DNA of 64,000 bases from assembly GCA_963796885.1 (NCBI GenBank), contig CAWCNP010000023.1, positions 101,031 through 165,030 on the forward strand. Reading direction: 5' to 3'. This document shows positions 63,569-64,000 of this stretch, in pieces (position 1 is the first letter of the stretch; each line of letters opens with the position of its first letter). The stretch is from an uncultured Solirubrobacterales bacterium. Its GTDB lineage: Bacteria > Actinomycetota > Thermoleophilia > Solirubrobacterales > Solirubrobacteraceae. The notes under the pieces were generated by a model. The model was not told the origin of the DNA. It searched no databases and was given only the letters and a program-made list of their open reading frames with translations. The position numbers were made by a program, and so were the translations under genes.

Positions 63569-64000
63569 CGTGCCTGCTGCCCGATCGGGCGCTCGCGCTG
63601 GACCTCGGCGGCGCTCAGGCCGAATGCCGTGTGCAGGGCCCGGACTGCCTGAGGGACGGATTCGGACCGGATCACGCAGGAGATCTTGATCGGCGAGGTG
63701 GAGATCATCTCGATGTTGATCTCCTCCTCGGCCAGCGTCTCGAACACCTTGGCGGCGACGCCCGGGTGCGAGCGCATACCCGCACCAACGATCGACACCT
63801 TGCCGATCTCGGGATCAGTGTCGACGTGCGCCACGCTGAGATCCTGGACCACCGGCTCGAGCGCCGCCTTGGCGGCCTGGAGATCCTCGGCCGAGATCGT
63901 GAACGACACCTCGGCGTCGCGTCCCTGGCCGAGTGGCTCATTCTGGATGATCGTGTCGACGTTGCAGTTGGCGCGGGCCAGGGCGCCAAAGATCGCCGCT
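63565..64000 (-). CDS. lysC: Aspartate kinase, C-terminal ACT domains (partial)
   Basis: 'NVDTIIQN', 'KVSIVGAGMRSHPGVAA', 'MISTSPIKISC'; upstream of asd. Confidence 0.93.
   Translation of the reverse strand, partial: AAIFGALARANCNVDTIIQNEPLGQGRDAEVSFTISAEDLQAAKAALEPVVQDLSVAHVDTDPEIGKVSIVGAGMRSHPGVAAKVFETLAEEEINIEMISTSPIKISCVIRSESVPQAVRALHTAFGLSAAEVQRERPIGQQAR

Overview
High-GC actinobacterial chromosomal window. Gene content and style suggest Thermoleophilia/Solirubrobacterales (inference, no search run). The backbone is housekeeping: prsA-like foldase, mfd, pth, rplY, prs, glmU, tRNA-Gln, ispE, rsmA, tatD, metG, rsmI, ROK kinase, glyQS, treZ, hsp20-lon, mdh, monomeric icd, M32 and M50 peptidases, an Sdh/Frd operon with a CCG (HdrB-like) third subunit, asd and lysC. 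Accessory or unusual elements: (1) a ~3.5-kb decayed islet bounded by an exact 20-bp duplication of the prs 3' end, carrying a HEPN-like ORF, a broken IS256 and gene remnants but no integrase; (2) an orphan AbiEi-N/DUF559 gene inserted between mfd and prsA with an 18-bp inverted repeat at its 5' end; (3) a frameshifted PKD/PASTA surface-protein pseudogene; (4) a PilV/PilW/PilX-like minor-pilin trio with a sigma28-like -10 box and a perfect 9-bp operator-like palindrome; (5) an MTAP-like plus DUF2064 gene pair; (6) a ubiA-dprE1-dprE2 arabinofuranose-donor operon outside Mycobacteriales; (7) a coiled-coil/AT-hook/wHTH nucleoid-protein candidate; (8) a CIRCE box at an FmdB zinc-ribbon gene; (9) a repeat- and hairpin-rich intergenic region near 60.4-61.3 kb. 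No CRISPR array or rRNA was seen. All family assignments come from motif recognition, not database searches.
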